Source of the DNA: Candidatus Latescibacterota bacterium
Lineage (GTDB): Bacteria > Latescibacterota > UBA2968 > UBA8231
DNA: 64,000 nucleotides
NCBI GenBank assembly: GCA_965242865.1
Contig: CBDETK010000013.1
Span: 5,504,001-5,568,000, forward strand
Direction: 5' to 3'
Under the pieces are notes generated by a model. The model searched no databases. It was not told where the DNA came from and was given only the letters and a program-made list of their open reading frames with translations. The position numbers and the translations under genes are program-made. Shown in pieces: positions 8,658 through 18,027 of the stretch (position 1 is the first letter of the stretch; every line of letters starts with the position of its first letter).

Positions 8658-11252
8658 GTGCCGCCGATGAATAGCCCGAAACTTCTCTCGCGTCTCGTGG
8701 TGGCCAGCGCAGCGCTGTGGGCCAATGGGGCCGAGGATTTGCTGGCTCAAGCAGGCCATCGGATCGACCGCCGTGCCAACCAAGTCGTCGTCGAAGCCGA
8801 CCACTGGCAACGCTGGGAATTTGCGCCCGGTACGATTGAGGTTTCCCCGCTCGGGGAGGTGCGGCCCAATCGCGTCCGCAAAAACACCAATGCCGCGCTG
8901 GACATCGTCGATTTTCTGCGCCACAACCCGCCCGATTACCTCTCCAAGAAAGAGCCTGAAGCCATCGCCCTCCTCGACGCCATTCAGGGCGGGTCCAACC
9001 GCGCTGGCGTCGTCGCAGCCCTAGACGGCGACTTGACCACGTACTGGGAGCCTGATCCGGTTGCGGAGCACGTAGATATGTCGTCTCAGTGGTGGTTTAC
9101 CGTGGATTTGGGGCGCGTCGTTTTTATCGACAAAATCGCGTTAAAATTCGTCGAGGAGGGCATGGGCGATCCCTTTCTTTTGTTTGACGTGCTCGTGTCG
9201 GACGGGCAGAAGCCCGTACAGGCCATTGGCGGGTCGAGCCTCGAGTTCTTTCCGGTGCTCCAGACGCTAAAGCCCAACAAAAGCCAGCGAACCTTTGCGG
9301 TCGAGCTCGACCCCGTGGGGCTCGACCAGCGCCGGGCCGTGGCCCGCTTTGTCCAAGTGGTCGTGCAGGCCAGCGATTTTGGTCGCGGCCGAGAAGTATC
9401 CCCAGCCGAGTACGATCAGTTGCCGGCTGAAGACCGCGGAATCGTCGAGTATCGCAAGCGTCAAGTGGATGGGCGGGAGATCGCGGTCAAACGGGAAGTG
9501 TACGAGGCCCTCGATCCCCAGCGGCAGGGGGCGATCCGCTACTTTCGGCGCGAGCGGCCCCGGTTGGCCGAACTCGAAGTGTGGACCCAAGGCGACGACT
9601 TGGCCAGCGGGGCCCTGCGACGCAATGGGTCCATTTCTACTACGGTGCCCGGCAGCATCAATCCCCAGTTGATGATCGACGGCGATGTGACCAGCGTAGA
9701 GGGGCTGTCCCTGTTCAACATTGAGAATCGGTTGGAAGACGAGTTGTTCATCGACTTGGGCTCGTTCTTTTGGATTCACAGCCACCGGATGAGTTTCACC
9801 GAGTACACGCTTGGGAACTACCGCTTGGAGTTTTCGGACGGTTCGCGGGAAGTAGATGGGGGCCTCAAGTGGACTACGGCCATGCGGCGCGAGCAAGTAA
9901 AGCGGGGCGTGGCCGGGGCCCTCAACGTCGATGGCAATGACTTCGATCCAATAAAGGGGCGCTTTTTTCGCTTGGTGTTTGAAGTAGAACACGTGCGCCT
10001 GCCCAACCGAAGCGCGAGCCGGTTGAGCGAGATACAACTGTTTGGCGAGGGGTTTTTGCCAGAGGTGCAGCTCGAGTCCGACCTGATCCGGTTGGGGGGC
10101 AGCCGCAACTTGGTCGCCCTCGAATGGGACGCACACGCGCCTTCCGGCACTGAGGTGCAGCTTCAGACGCGCACCGGCGACACCTTGGGCGAGATTTTGC
10201 ACTACTTCAAAAAGGATGGGACCGAAATCTCCGAAACGGCCTACAACAAGCTGTTGAGCATTTTTCGCGGCGAGATCGTGGCCGAGGAAGTCGCCGGCGC
10301 AGACTGGGAGCCGTGGAGTACACCCTACGACGACCCGGCAGGCAGCCCTATCACTTCGCCGTCGCCGCGGGAGTTTCTCAAGGTGCGGGCGACCTTGCGC
10401 TCGGCCTCGCCCGATGTGGCGGCGAGTTTGTCCGGGCTGCGGCTGCGCTTTGCCGAGCCGGTGGCGCGCCGGCTCTTGGGTGAGGTGGTGCCCAGTCAGG
10501 TGGAGCGGTTGGGAGTCGAGGCGCCTTTTGCGGTGTATGTGCGACCCGAGTTTGACCCCGGGGATGGCGGGTTCAACGAGTTGTTGTTGGAAGCACCGGC
10601 GGGCATGGAACTGACATATAGGGAGTTGTTGGGAAGTGCGGACGGGGCGGATTTTTCCCCATTGGCCGCGGCGGTGCTAGCCGCTAGCGCAGACCGGGTG
10701 CATTTGTCCTTTGCTCCGTTGGGGCCGGAGAGCGAGGTAGCGGTGTTGCGGATCGACTTTGCGGGGCGGCTGTTTTCTCGGGGGGGGCCGCTTAAAGTGC
10801 AACTGCGCCGCGGAGAAGATGGCGAGGGAATCTGGCAGCGCGTCGATCGCGGGGAAGCGGTGGAAACCGTGGGCCGCAATCGGCTGTTGGTGGTGGGGCA
10901 GCCGCACCAGCACTCGATTTTTGCGGATTTGGCGATCGAGCCAGCGGTATTGACGCCGAATGGGGATGGGGTCAACGACGCGGTGGCATTGCGCTTTTCA
11001 GTGGTGTTGGTGGAAGGGAGTCCGCGGGTTGAGGCCACGATCTACGATTTGGAGGGCCGCTTGGTGCACCAACTGGGCGAGCAGCGCGATTTTGCCGCGG
11101 GGATGTACGAACTGAGGTGGGACGGACGGGACGAACAGGGAACCCTCGCGCCGCCGGGGGTGTACCTAATCCACCTGCGGCTGGACGCCAACACGTCGGG
11201 CGCGGACCTGCGGCGGGAAGAATTGGTCCGCACCCTAGTCGTGGCCTATTAA
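8658..11252 (+). CDS. Secreted discoidin-like protein with C-terminal FlgD-Ig/CHU_C-like domain (paralogue 1)
   Basis: N-terminal signal-like segment; ALDGDLTTYW and VDLG motifs; ends LTPNGDGVND...IYDLEGRLV...WDGRD...VVAY. Confidence 0.8.
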   Translation: MPPMNSPKLLSRLVVASAALWANGAEDLLAQAGHRIDRRANQVVVEADHWQRWEFAPGTIEVSPLGEVRPNRVRKNTNAALDIVDFLRHNPPDYLSKKEPEAIALLDAIQGGSNRAGVVAALDGDLTTYWEPDPVAEHVDMSSQWWFTVDLGRVVFIDKIALKFVEEGMGDPFLLFDVLVSDGQKPVQAIGGSSLEFFPVLQTLKPNKSQRTFAVELDPVGLDQRRAVARFVQVVVQASDFGRGREVSPAEYDQLPAEDRGIVEYRKRQVDGREIAVKREVYEALDPQRQGAIRYFRRERPRLAELEVWTQGDDLASGALRRNGSISTTVPGSINPQLMIDGDVTSVEGLSLFNIENRLEDELFIDLGSFFWIHSHRMSFTEYTLGNYRLEFSDGSREVDGGLKWTTAMRREQVKRGVAGALNVDGNDFDPIKGRFFRLVFEVEHVRLPNRSASRLSEIQLFGEGFLPEVQLESDLIRLGGSRNLVALEWDAHAPSGTEVQLQTRTGDTLGEILHYFKKDGTEISETAYNKLLSIFRGEIVAEEVAGADWEPWSTPYDDPAGSPITSPSPREFLKVRATLRSASPDVAASLSGLRLRFAEPVARRLLGEVVPSQVERLGVEAPFAVYVRPEFDPGDGGFNELLLEAPAGMELTYRELLGSADGADFSPLAAAVLAASADRVHLSFAPLGPESEVAVLRIDFAGRLFSRGGPLKVQLRRGEDGEGIWQRVDRGEAVETVGRNRLLVVGQPHQHSIFADLAIEPAVLTPNGDGVNDAVALRFSVVLVEGSPRVEATIYDLEGRLVHQLGEQRDFAAGMYELRWDGRDEQGTLAPPGVYLIHLRLDANTSGADLRREELVRTLVVAY

Positions 11253-12734
11253 AAGCTGCTGGCCCCGCGCTCGATGCTTTTGACTCTCTTCGCCCAGCCC
11301 GAGCGCTTCGCAGGCATCGCCTAAGTAGAGGTGGCCGCGCCCGTCTTCGGGGTCTAACTCGACAAAGCGTTGGTAGGCCCTGCGGGCCGCGGCAAAGTCC
11401 CCGAGCTGGGCATGGGCCACCCCGAGGTTGAAGTGGGCTTTGGCGTATTGGGGGGCGAGGCTGGTGGCGCGGGCAAAAAGTCGCGCGGCTTCCTTGAAGC
11501 GGCGTTGCTGGGCGGCGATCAACCCGAGCATGTAGGGCGGCTCGACGAGGGCGGAGTCGAGTTGGGCGGCTTGGGCAAAGGTCTGGGCCGCCCTTTCGAG
11601 GAATCCCGCCTGATAGTGAGCGTGGCCTAGATGCACGTGTAGAACCGGGTTTTCCGGCACTAGCTCGATGGCCCGCTCAAAGTGCCGGGCCGCCTGTTTT
11701 TGTCGGCCCTGCTCGGCGAGGAGGAGGCCGAGGCCGATGTGGGCGTCTTGGTGATCCGGGTTGATTGCGACCGTGCGCTGAAACTCCAACAAGGCTTGGT
11801 CCATTTCGCCGACCATCCGGTGCTTCAAGCCCATGTTGTAGTGATCGCGCGCCGAGCCAATGGGGAGCGATTGGTGCGTCGGCCGGGAGATTTCCGAGTG
11901 CAACCCCCGATGCTGCTGGCGCAGGCTTTCCGAGCGCGCCATTTCCCGCTTGCCCGCTTCGCCGCGGCCTAGGCGGAGATAGACGTTGCCGAGGTTGAGG
12001 CGGAGCTTGGGCGAGTTGGGGTTGAGTTCGGTGGCCTTGAGGAGGGCGCGCAAAGCCGCTTCATTGTCGCCGCTGTCGCGCTGGGCCAGCCCCAAGAGAA
12101 AGTGCGCTTCGGCGTCTTGCGGGTCGAAGCGCACCGCTTTTTTGAACGCGCTGGCCGCCTCAGCCGGGAACCCCTTTTCGCGGTGGATTTTGCCCAATTT
12201 CTTGTGGGCTGGGGCCAAGGTGGAATCGGCCGCCAAGGCCGCAGTGTACGCGGCTTGGGCCTGATTTACCTCTTGGCGATAGCCGTGTAGTAAGCCCAAG
12301 TTGTAGTGCGCGGTTGCGCGGTGGGGATCGAGCGCGATCGATTGCTCAAAGGCGGCCCGTGCGGCTTGGACATCGCGGTGCTGGTTTGGGCTATACGCTC
12401 GGGCGGTGTAGCGGGCCGTGTGGACGATGCCGAGGATTTCGTACAACTCGGCGCGCGTGTGGTTGGTTTGCGGCGCGAGTTCAATCGCGTGTTCGATGGC
12501 GCGCAGGGCTTGGGGAAATTGGCCCAAGGCCAGATAAGAACGGGCGAGATAGTGGTGGACCTCGTAATCGTCGGCGCGGGAAGCCAGGGCTTTGTGAAAG
12601 GCGACGATGGCTTCGCCGTAGCGTTCCTGAGCAAAGGCGTACATTCCGGCGCGGACCAAGGGGTCGCGCTCCTTGGGGGTACAGGCACAGAGGAGACAAA
12701 GGGCGACCCCAAGCCAAGACTGAAAGCGGGCCAT
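11235..12734 (-). CDS. Tetratricopeptide-repeat lipoprotein
   Basis: Signal peptide ending LLCAC from ATG 12734; many TPR units (AHYNLG, AHFLLG, AHFNLG). Confidence 0.85.
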   Translation of the reverse strand: MARFQSWLGVALCLLCACTPKERDPLVRAGMYAFAQERYGEAIVAFHKALASRADDYEVHHYLARSYLALGQFPQALRAIEHAIELAPQTNHTRAELYEILGIVHTARYTARAYSPNQHRDVQAARAAFEQSIALDPHRATAHYNLGLLHGYRQEVNQAQAAYTAALAADSTLAPAHKKLGKIHREKGFPAEAASAFKKAVRFDPQDAEAHFLLGLAQRDSGDNEAALRALLKATELNPNSPKLRLNLGNVYLRLGRGEAGKREMARSESLRQQHRGLHSEISRPTHQSLPIGSARDHYNMGLKHRMVGEMDQALLEFQRTVAINPDHQDAHIGLGLLLAEQGRQKQAARHFERAIELVPENPVLHVHLGHAHYQAGFLERAAQTFAQAAQLDSALVEPPYMLGLIAAQQRRFKEAARLFARATSLAPQYAKAHFNLGVAHAQLGDFAAARRAYQRFVELDPEDGRGHLYLGDACEALGLGEESQKHRARGQQLLIGHD

Positions 12735-12749
12735 GGTGCGTCTTTCTAA

Positions 12750-12782
12750 GGATCGAGGGCATCTTGTCCTCGATCCCGGACG
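12750..12782. repeat. Short copy of the GGATCGAGGGC...CCTCGATCC palindrome
   Basis: Matches the longer copies at 42767 and 49682. Confidence 0.7.
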
Positions 12783-12809
12783 TAGCGGAAACAGCAGAAA
12801 AGGCATACG

Positions 12810-12830
12810 CAAAGTAAGTGTCGCGTACTT
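12810..12830 (+). repeat. CAAAGTAAGTGTCGCGTAC(TT) intergenic motif
   Basis: First 19 bp identical to 38694-38712; 13-bp inverted copy at 23920-23932. Confidence 0.75.
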
Positions 12831-12957
12831 ATGATATGAGAAGAGACGCCCTATTGTCCATCTTGAAGCCAACCGCCCCTAGCTGGGTTGCGTTGCTGGA
12901 TTTTGGTTGCTGGGTCTTTTCGTATTTCCTACCGTTACTTGCCTTGCAGAGGAAGCC

Positions 12958-15192
12958 ATGTCAACCATGATCCATTTTCGCCTCATCCTGTTCTCAGTGC
13001 TCGGAGCATTGACCGCGCCCGTTGACGCCGAACTGGAGGTCGTCCAGCTCGGAGGCGAGGGTGGGTTGGCTTGGGAGAGTGGCGGCGGAGCGATTCCCGC
13101 GCTGGTCATCCTCGACCCGGCGACCGTTGATCAGTCCAATACGCCCGGCGGCGTCATCGACTTTGCGCCGGTTGACCGCGCCCATTGGATCTTTCCGCAG
13201 CAGGCCGATACCACAGACAACATCTTGATCGGCGTCAACTCCAAAGAGCGCGGGGGCCGCGTCTTTACGCCCATTCCCTCCTTTCGGTTTCTCGAAGCCG
13301 ACTTTCCCCAGATGTTTGACGACGACGGCAACACCGCCTTGGCGGTGAAATCCTCGGGCACCGGGGGCACCGGCGCCTTTGGCCTCCTCATTGAATTCGA
13401 CTTGGGGGCCATCTTTGGCGTCAATCGGTTCAAGTTCTTCCCCCGCAATGCCGACCCGGCCTTTCCGGCTCCTGACTTCCAGTCCCAAGACGACTTTTTG
13501 AAGGGCTACGAAATTTTTGTCAACGACGGCCGCCCGGAATCGCGCCGCGAGGGCAGTCTGATTTGGGAAACGGTGGCCTTTGAGGGGCAAAACCAAGAAG
13601 CGGTGGTGGATGTGCGCATTCCCACCCGCTTTGTGCGCTTTTTGCGGCTCAAGTCCCTGACGGCCGCGGACTTTGAGATCGCCGAGTTCCAAGTGTTCAG
13701 CGAGGGGTTTGTGCCGCAGGCCGTGTACATTTCCAACGTATTCGATTTTGGCGATCCAGCGCTTTTGGGCCGGTTGCGCTGGGTTGAAGAGCAGGTGGGC
13801 GACCCAACGCGCTCTAGGGTGCAGGTCCGCACTCGCAGTGGCGATGATCCCCAGCCGGTCGAGTTCACGCGGGTCGGCAAGCAATCCTCGGGGCGACTTG
13901 AACAGCGGGGCGATACCGTGTTCGACATCCCCATTGACGCGCCTTGGAAGCGAGCCGAAGAGGTGGAAGACAGCGAACTCCAGGGCCTGATCGCCAACGT
14001 CCTCGACAACGAAGCGATGGACGGGCGCGAGGCGCTGTTGACGTTTGGCCAGTTGCCTTTTGCCCAGCGGTCCCAGATCACCCTCGACGAGGCGCACTAC
14101 AACAAGCTGGCGAGCGACCAAAGATCGGTGATTCGCGACGACCTCACCAATTGGAGCCCTTGGTCGCCCCCCTATTCGCCCGAAGGCATCGTCGCCCCAG
14201 ACCAATTGCCGGACCCAGGAACGGGGACGCTGATCGTATCGCCGAGCCCCCGGCGCTATTTTCAAGTCATGCTCGAATTCTTCAACGCCGAGGTCGATGC
14301 CGCGACTGGCATCGGCGGGGTGGCGTGGGATGTTTTCCGGCCGGTCTTTGCGGACTCCCTCATCGCCGAGATTTTGCCCCGCACCGCCACTTTAGGCCAA
14401 GCCACCCGCTTCACATACGGCGTACTGGTCAAAGCCACGGCCCAGAATGCGGGCTTTGACCGCTTTGAAATTAGTACCCCGCTGCGCCCCGCGTCGATTG
14501 GCCAAGTGGAAATACGCCGGCCCGATGGCACGACCGAAGCGGCGGATTTTTCCGGCTCGTCCCTCGCGGCTCTCCCAGTGGAGCAACATGGTTTTAGCGT
14601 GGTGGCCGTGCGCGACGACGGCTTTGTCATGGCCTTCCCGCGGATTGCGGAGGATGGGGCCGTCTTGACCTTGGAATTTGAGAATGCGGTCTTGCGCTTG
14701 GGCACTCGGTTTGCCGGCCGGGCGCTCAACGCGGACAACGCGGTGCTGGGGCAAGTGGTGTTGGCTGGCAATGCCGCGAATTTGAGTCGGGAGGGTATGG
14801 AGGATCCCGACCGCCGCGCCGTGGGCACCCTCGATCCAGAAAACCTCTTTGTCAACGTGCCGATCACCGACGACCTGCTCGTGAATGTGGCGGCCGTTCC
14901 CAGCGTTTTTACCCCCAATGGCGACGGGGTCAACGAGCGAGCGGCCATTACCTACGATATAACCAACATCGCGCACCCCACCCGGGTGCGGCTCCGGATC
15001 TACGATTTGAGTGGCCGGTTGATCCGCAACCTCTACGAAGGCTTGGATACGAGCGGTCGCTTCCCCCGCTTTTGGGATGGCCGCGACGATGGGGACGACC
15101 CCGTCCCGCCGGGCCACTACATCTTTGCTGTTGCTTTGGATGCGGGGACCGGCGAGGAAAAGCGGTCGGGGATCGTCAAAGTAGCGTATTGA
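12958..15192 (+). CDS. Secreted discoidin-like protein with C-terminal FlgD-Ig/CHU_C-like domain (paralogue 2)
   Basis: Signal peptide; FDLGAIFGV, EIAEFQVFSEGF, RTRSGD, WSPWSPPY and SPSPRRY motifs; ends FTPNGDGVN...WDGRD...VAY. Confidence 0.82.
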   Translation: MSTMIHFRLILFSVLGALTAPVDAELEVVQLGGEGGLAWESGGGAIPALVILDPATVDQSNTPGGVIDFAPVDRAHWIFPQQADTTDNILIGVNSKERGGRVFTPIPSFRFLEADFPQMFDDDGNTALAVKSSGTGGTGAFGLLIEFDLGAIFGVNRFKFFPRNADPAFPAPDFQSQDDFLKGYEIFVNDGRPESRREGSLIWETVAFEGQNQEAVVDVRIPTRFVRFLRLKSLTAADFEIAEFQVFSEGFVPQAVYISNVFDFGDPALLGRLRWVEEQVGDPTRSRVQVRTRSGDDPQPVEFTRVGKQSSGRLEQRGDTVFDIPIDAPWKRAEEVEDSELQGLIANVLDNEAMDGREALLTFGQLPFAQRSQITLDEAHYNKLASDQRSVIRDDLTNWSPWSPPYSPEGIVAPDQLPDPGTGTLIVSPSPRRYFQVMLEFFNAEVDAATGIGGVAWDVFRPVFADSLIAEILPRTATLGQATRFTYGVLVKATAQNAGFDRFEISTPLRPASIGQVEIRRPDGTTEAADFSGSSLAALPVEQHGFSVVAVRDDGFVMAFPRIAEDGAVLTLEFENAVLRLGTRFAGRALNADNAVLGQVVLAGNAANLSREGMEDPDRRAVGTLDPENLFVNVPITDDLLVNVAAVPSVFTPNGDGVNERAAITYDITNIAHPTRVRLRIYDLSGRLIRNLYEGLDTSGRFPRFWDGRDDGDDPVPPGHYIFAVALDAGTGEEKRSGIVKVAY

Positions 15193-15238
15193 TACTAGGC
15201 ACCGTGAATTTTTCACGCAGAATTGGGAGGGTGCGGCA

Positions 15239-18022
15239 TTGAACGTCCGCGGAGCGAATTTAACGATTGGGCTAGCACTGTTGGTCGCGTCCCAAACCGT
15301 GCTCTTCGCCCAAGACTACGGCTCCCGCCTAGGGATTCAGCGCGGCGGCCAAGTCAGCTTTGAGCCTCGGGGGCCGGGCGTACTCTTTGGTGCCCTCGAT
15401 CCCGCTGTGCAGAAGTGGTACGTGCCGCAAGAGCTCTACTACGAGTTCAAGTGGCGGCAATGGGAGTACTCCAACTACGCCCGCGACCAGTACCAGCGCT
15501 ACATCAACACCAACCTAGAGGGCGACTACTTCTACGACTTTTTCGGCAACTACATCAACCGCGGCTGGCTGGTGTACGACTGGCGTCAAGACCAGCCCCA
15601 AGAGCTGGGCAGCGGCATCTTCAAGGGCCGCCAGTTCGAGCAGTTCTTCAGTTCGGTGACCGTGAGCGGCGACTCAAAGGGCCAGTATTCCTACGCCATC
15701 ACCGTGGGCAATGCGATCCGCACCACCCTCACGCCGATGACCTTTTCCAAGCCGAATTTCAACGGCGTCCAAATCGACTTTGCCGCGGACAAATACGCCG
15801 CCACCGTGCTGGCCTCGCGGATCAACGATCCAGCCGTGGGCGTGACCATCAACCCTCGACGGCAATCCAATTCGACCTCCCTGTTCGGCGGCCGGGTCCT
15901 CGCTCAGGTCGGCGACTTTATTACGGTGGGCGGGACCGCGGTCAACGCCCACAACGCCAATACCAGCTTGGACATGTTTGAAGGCAATCTCCTCGCGGGG
16001 AACCTCACCTCGGGCCAGACCAGTACGCCGGTTACAGCCATCGCTATCGTCCTCAGCGACGACAGCCCGGAAGACGGAGCGGGCGGAGCGGCCCTGTTCA
16101 GCCACGACATACGCATCAAGAGCCGCGATTTTGAAACGGGCCTAGAGACCGTCTCGACATTGGACGAGGTGGTGCGCGAGGGGGCGGAGTGGCCGACCGC
16201 GTTTGGCGGCTTTCCGCGCACGGGCTTTTTGGCCGCCGACGGGGCCGAGCGGATCATCCTCAATTACGACTTTACGGACCCAGCCTATATCGGGCCGGAT
16301 TTAACCGCCATCGTCGAGGTGGAGTTCGACTATGTGCTAGCAAACGACTTCAAGGTCGAAATGTGGTCTAATCTACAGACGGGTACGCGCCCGGTGCCGC
16401 CGCCGCCGCTGACCAACCAAGTCATTGAAGAAGCCGAGCCCGTGCTCATCGCCATAAGACGGGCGGCTGGCAATATAAAGGATATATCCAACGCCCAGCG
16501 GGTTCTTTTTGAGTACGGCTTGCCCTCGGCCAACATGGTCGCCGGATTTACCATTGAAGGCAAAAACGTGTGGGGCTTTGATTTCTACGGCGAATGGAAC
16601 AACAACCTGCGCTATTTTCAGTACCCCAATGCCGCCCTGTTCAATGCCAACGAAGGGCACGAGGTGTCGGCCGAGAGCGGCCAAGCCACCATCTTCAACC
16701 TGTCCAAAGAAGCCTATCCGTTTTTTGCGTATGGCGAAGCCTATTCGGTGGATGCCGACTATTCCACCTCGGCCTTTGTCGCCCTGCCCGAAGGGGATGT
16801 GTTCTACGACGATCCCATCCGCTCGGTGTACGAATTTGTCGCTGACAACGACGACCAAGACCGCCAGCCCGACTGGGCGCGGGTCGGCTCGCAGTCGAAC
16901 GACCGGGAGGTGTTTCCCGGCTGGGATGAGAACCTCGACTTCATTTCGGACTTCAACCAAAACGACAACCGCTCGGTGCCCAATTCCATTCCCGACTACG
17001 AAGAGCCGTTTTTGCGCTACCACGTCGACCGGCCCGAACTCCTCTTTGGCATTGATCTCAACAACAACGGCTGGATCGACCGCTTTGAGGACGACGAGCT
17101 AGCCGACTATCCCTACAAGCCCGACCGGCGCGGGTACAACGTCTTTTTCGGGGTTCACCTCTGGCCCGAGGCGCGCTTGCTGGTGGGGCGGCTTGACGAG
17201 CGCATGCTCTCGGACGACCGAGACAACCAAATCGCTTACATCATGTTCACCCTCGACGCGGATTACCCCGGGTTGGGGCGAGTGCGGGTCTTTGACATGC
17301 TCAAGCGGGTCGCGGACACCATCCCGGACGCTCGGCGGGCACCGCTGGCCTTCCTCGACGCGCCCACGCCGCCGCTGGTGTCGGACCTCCTCGCCTTTCC
17401 CGACACGTGGATCAACACCGCGTGGCTGGGGGTGGACTACACCGCGATTGCCAATTTTGAGATCGTCAACAAGCTCAAATACGAGTACTACAACCAAGCC
17501 CAAGCCGAGGCCCGCGCCAGCAACGGCCAACGGCTGGCTAGTTCGCCCTCCCTCTTGGGGTTGATCAACAAATTCGAGTACAAGCTGCACCTAGGGCACT
17601 TCATCCTCCAGCCGAGGCTCAAAAGCGAGTACTTCCGCCAAGACGCCTTTGTGCTGGCCGAAGAAGACCTAAAACAATGGACTGGGATCGTCTCGCTTTT
17701 GGCCGAAGTGCCCCTGCTCAACAGCAGCGCGATTGACTTTGGGGTCGAGTTGGCCCAGTTCAACGAGTTGGTCCGGCAAGAGGAGGACATGGTCGAGCAG
17801 GGCATGGCCGAAGAGACCGGGGATTTGCGCTCGGCGGTTTTTGCGGTGCAGCTAACCAACAACTCGAGCTACTTGGGGTACAAGCTGACGACCCAACTCG
17901 GCTTGCGCCTCGGCCGCACCTTCACCGAGGAGGTGCGAGAGGTCGAACCCCGGGTCTTTGACAAGCGCACCAAGGGCCGCACCGAGACCACCAGCTTTAT
18001 CACCATCTATGCCGGGTTGTAA
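15239..18022 (+). CDS. Large exported protein, probable outer-membrane beta-barrel with Asp/Asn-rich motifs (paralogue A)
   Basis: TTG start with GGGAGG; signal peptide; DNDDQDRQPD, DENLDFISDFNQN and DLNNNGWIDRFE motifs; amphipathic beta-strand pattern at the C-terminus. Function not recognised. Confidence 0.75.
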   Translation: MNVRGANLTIGLALLVASQTVLFAQDYGSRLGIQRGGQVSFEPRGPGVLFGALDPAVQKWYVPQELYYEFKWRQWEYSNYARDQYQRYINTNLEGDYFYDFFGNYINRGWLVYDWRQDQPQELGSGIFKGRQFEQFFSSVTVSGDSKGQYSYAITVGNAIRTTLTPMTFSKPNFNGVQIDFAADKYAATVLASRINDPAVGVTINPRRQSNSTSLFGGRVLAQVGDFITVGGTAVNAHNANTSLDMFEGNLLAGNLTSGQTSTPVTAIAIVLSDDSPEDGAGGAALFSHDIRIKSRDFETGLETVSTLDEVVREGAEWPTAFGGFPRTGFLAADGAERIILNYDFTDPAYIGPDLTAIVEVEFDYVLANDFKVEMWSNLQTGTRPVPPPPLTNQVIEEAEPVLIAIRRAAGNIKDISNAQRVLFEYGLPSANMVAGFTIEGKNVWGFDFYGEWNNNLRYFQYPNAALFNANEGHEVSAESGQATIFNLSKEAYPFFAYGEAYSVDADYSTSAFVALPEGDVFYDDPIRSVYEFVADNDDQDRQPDWARVGSQSNDREVFPGWDENLDFISDFNQNDNRSVPNSIPDYEEPFLRYHVDRPELLFGIDLNNNGWIDRFEDDELADYPYKPDRRGYNVFFGVHLWPEARLLVGRLDERMLSDDRDNQIAYIMFTLDADYPGLGRVRVFDMLKRVADTIPDARRAPLAFLDAPTPPLVSDLLAFPDTWINTAWLGVDYTAIANFEIVNKLKYEYYNQAQAEARASNGQRLASSPSLLGLINKFEYKLHLGHFILQPRLKSEYFRQDAFVLAEEDLKQWTGIVSLLAEVPLLNSSAIDFGVELAQFNELVRQEEDMVEQGMAEETGDLRSAVFAVQLTNNSSYLGYKLTTQLGLRLGRTFTEEVREVEPRVFDKRTKGRTETTSFITIYAGL

Positions 18023-18027
18023 ACGGG

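Noticed and set aside
12994-14265. 423-aa minus-strand ORF and similar long overlapping ORFs elsewhere
   Set aside because: Expected off-frame ORFs in GC-rich DNA; no recognisable motifs.
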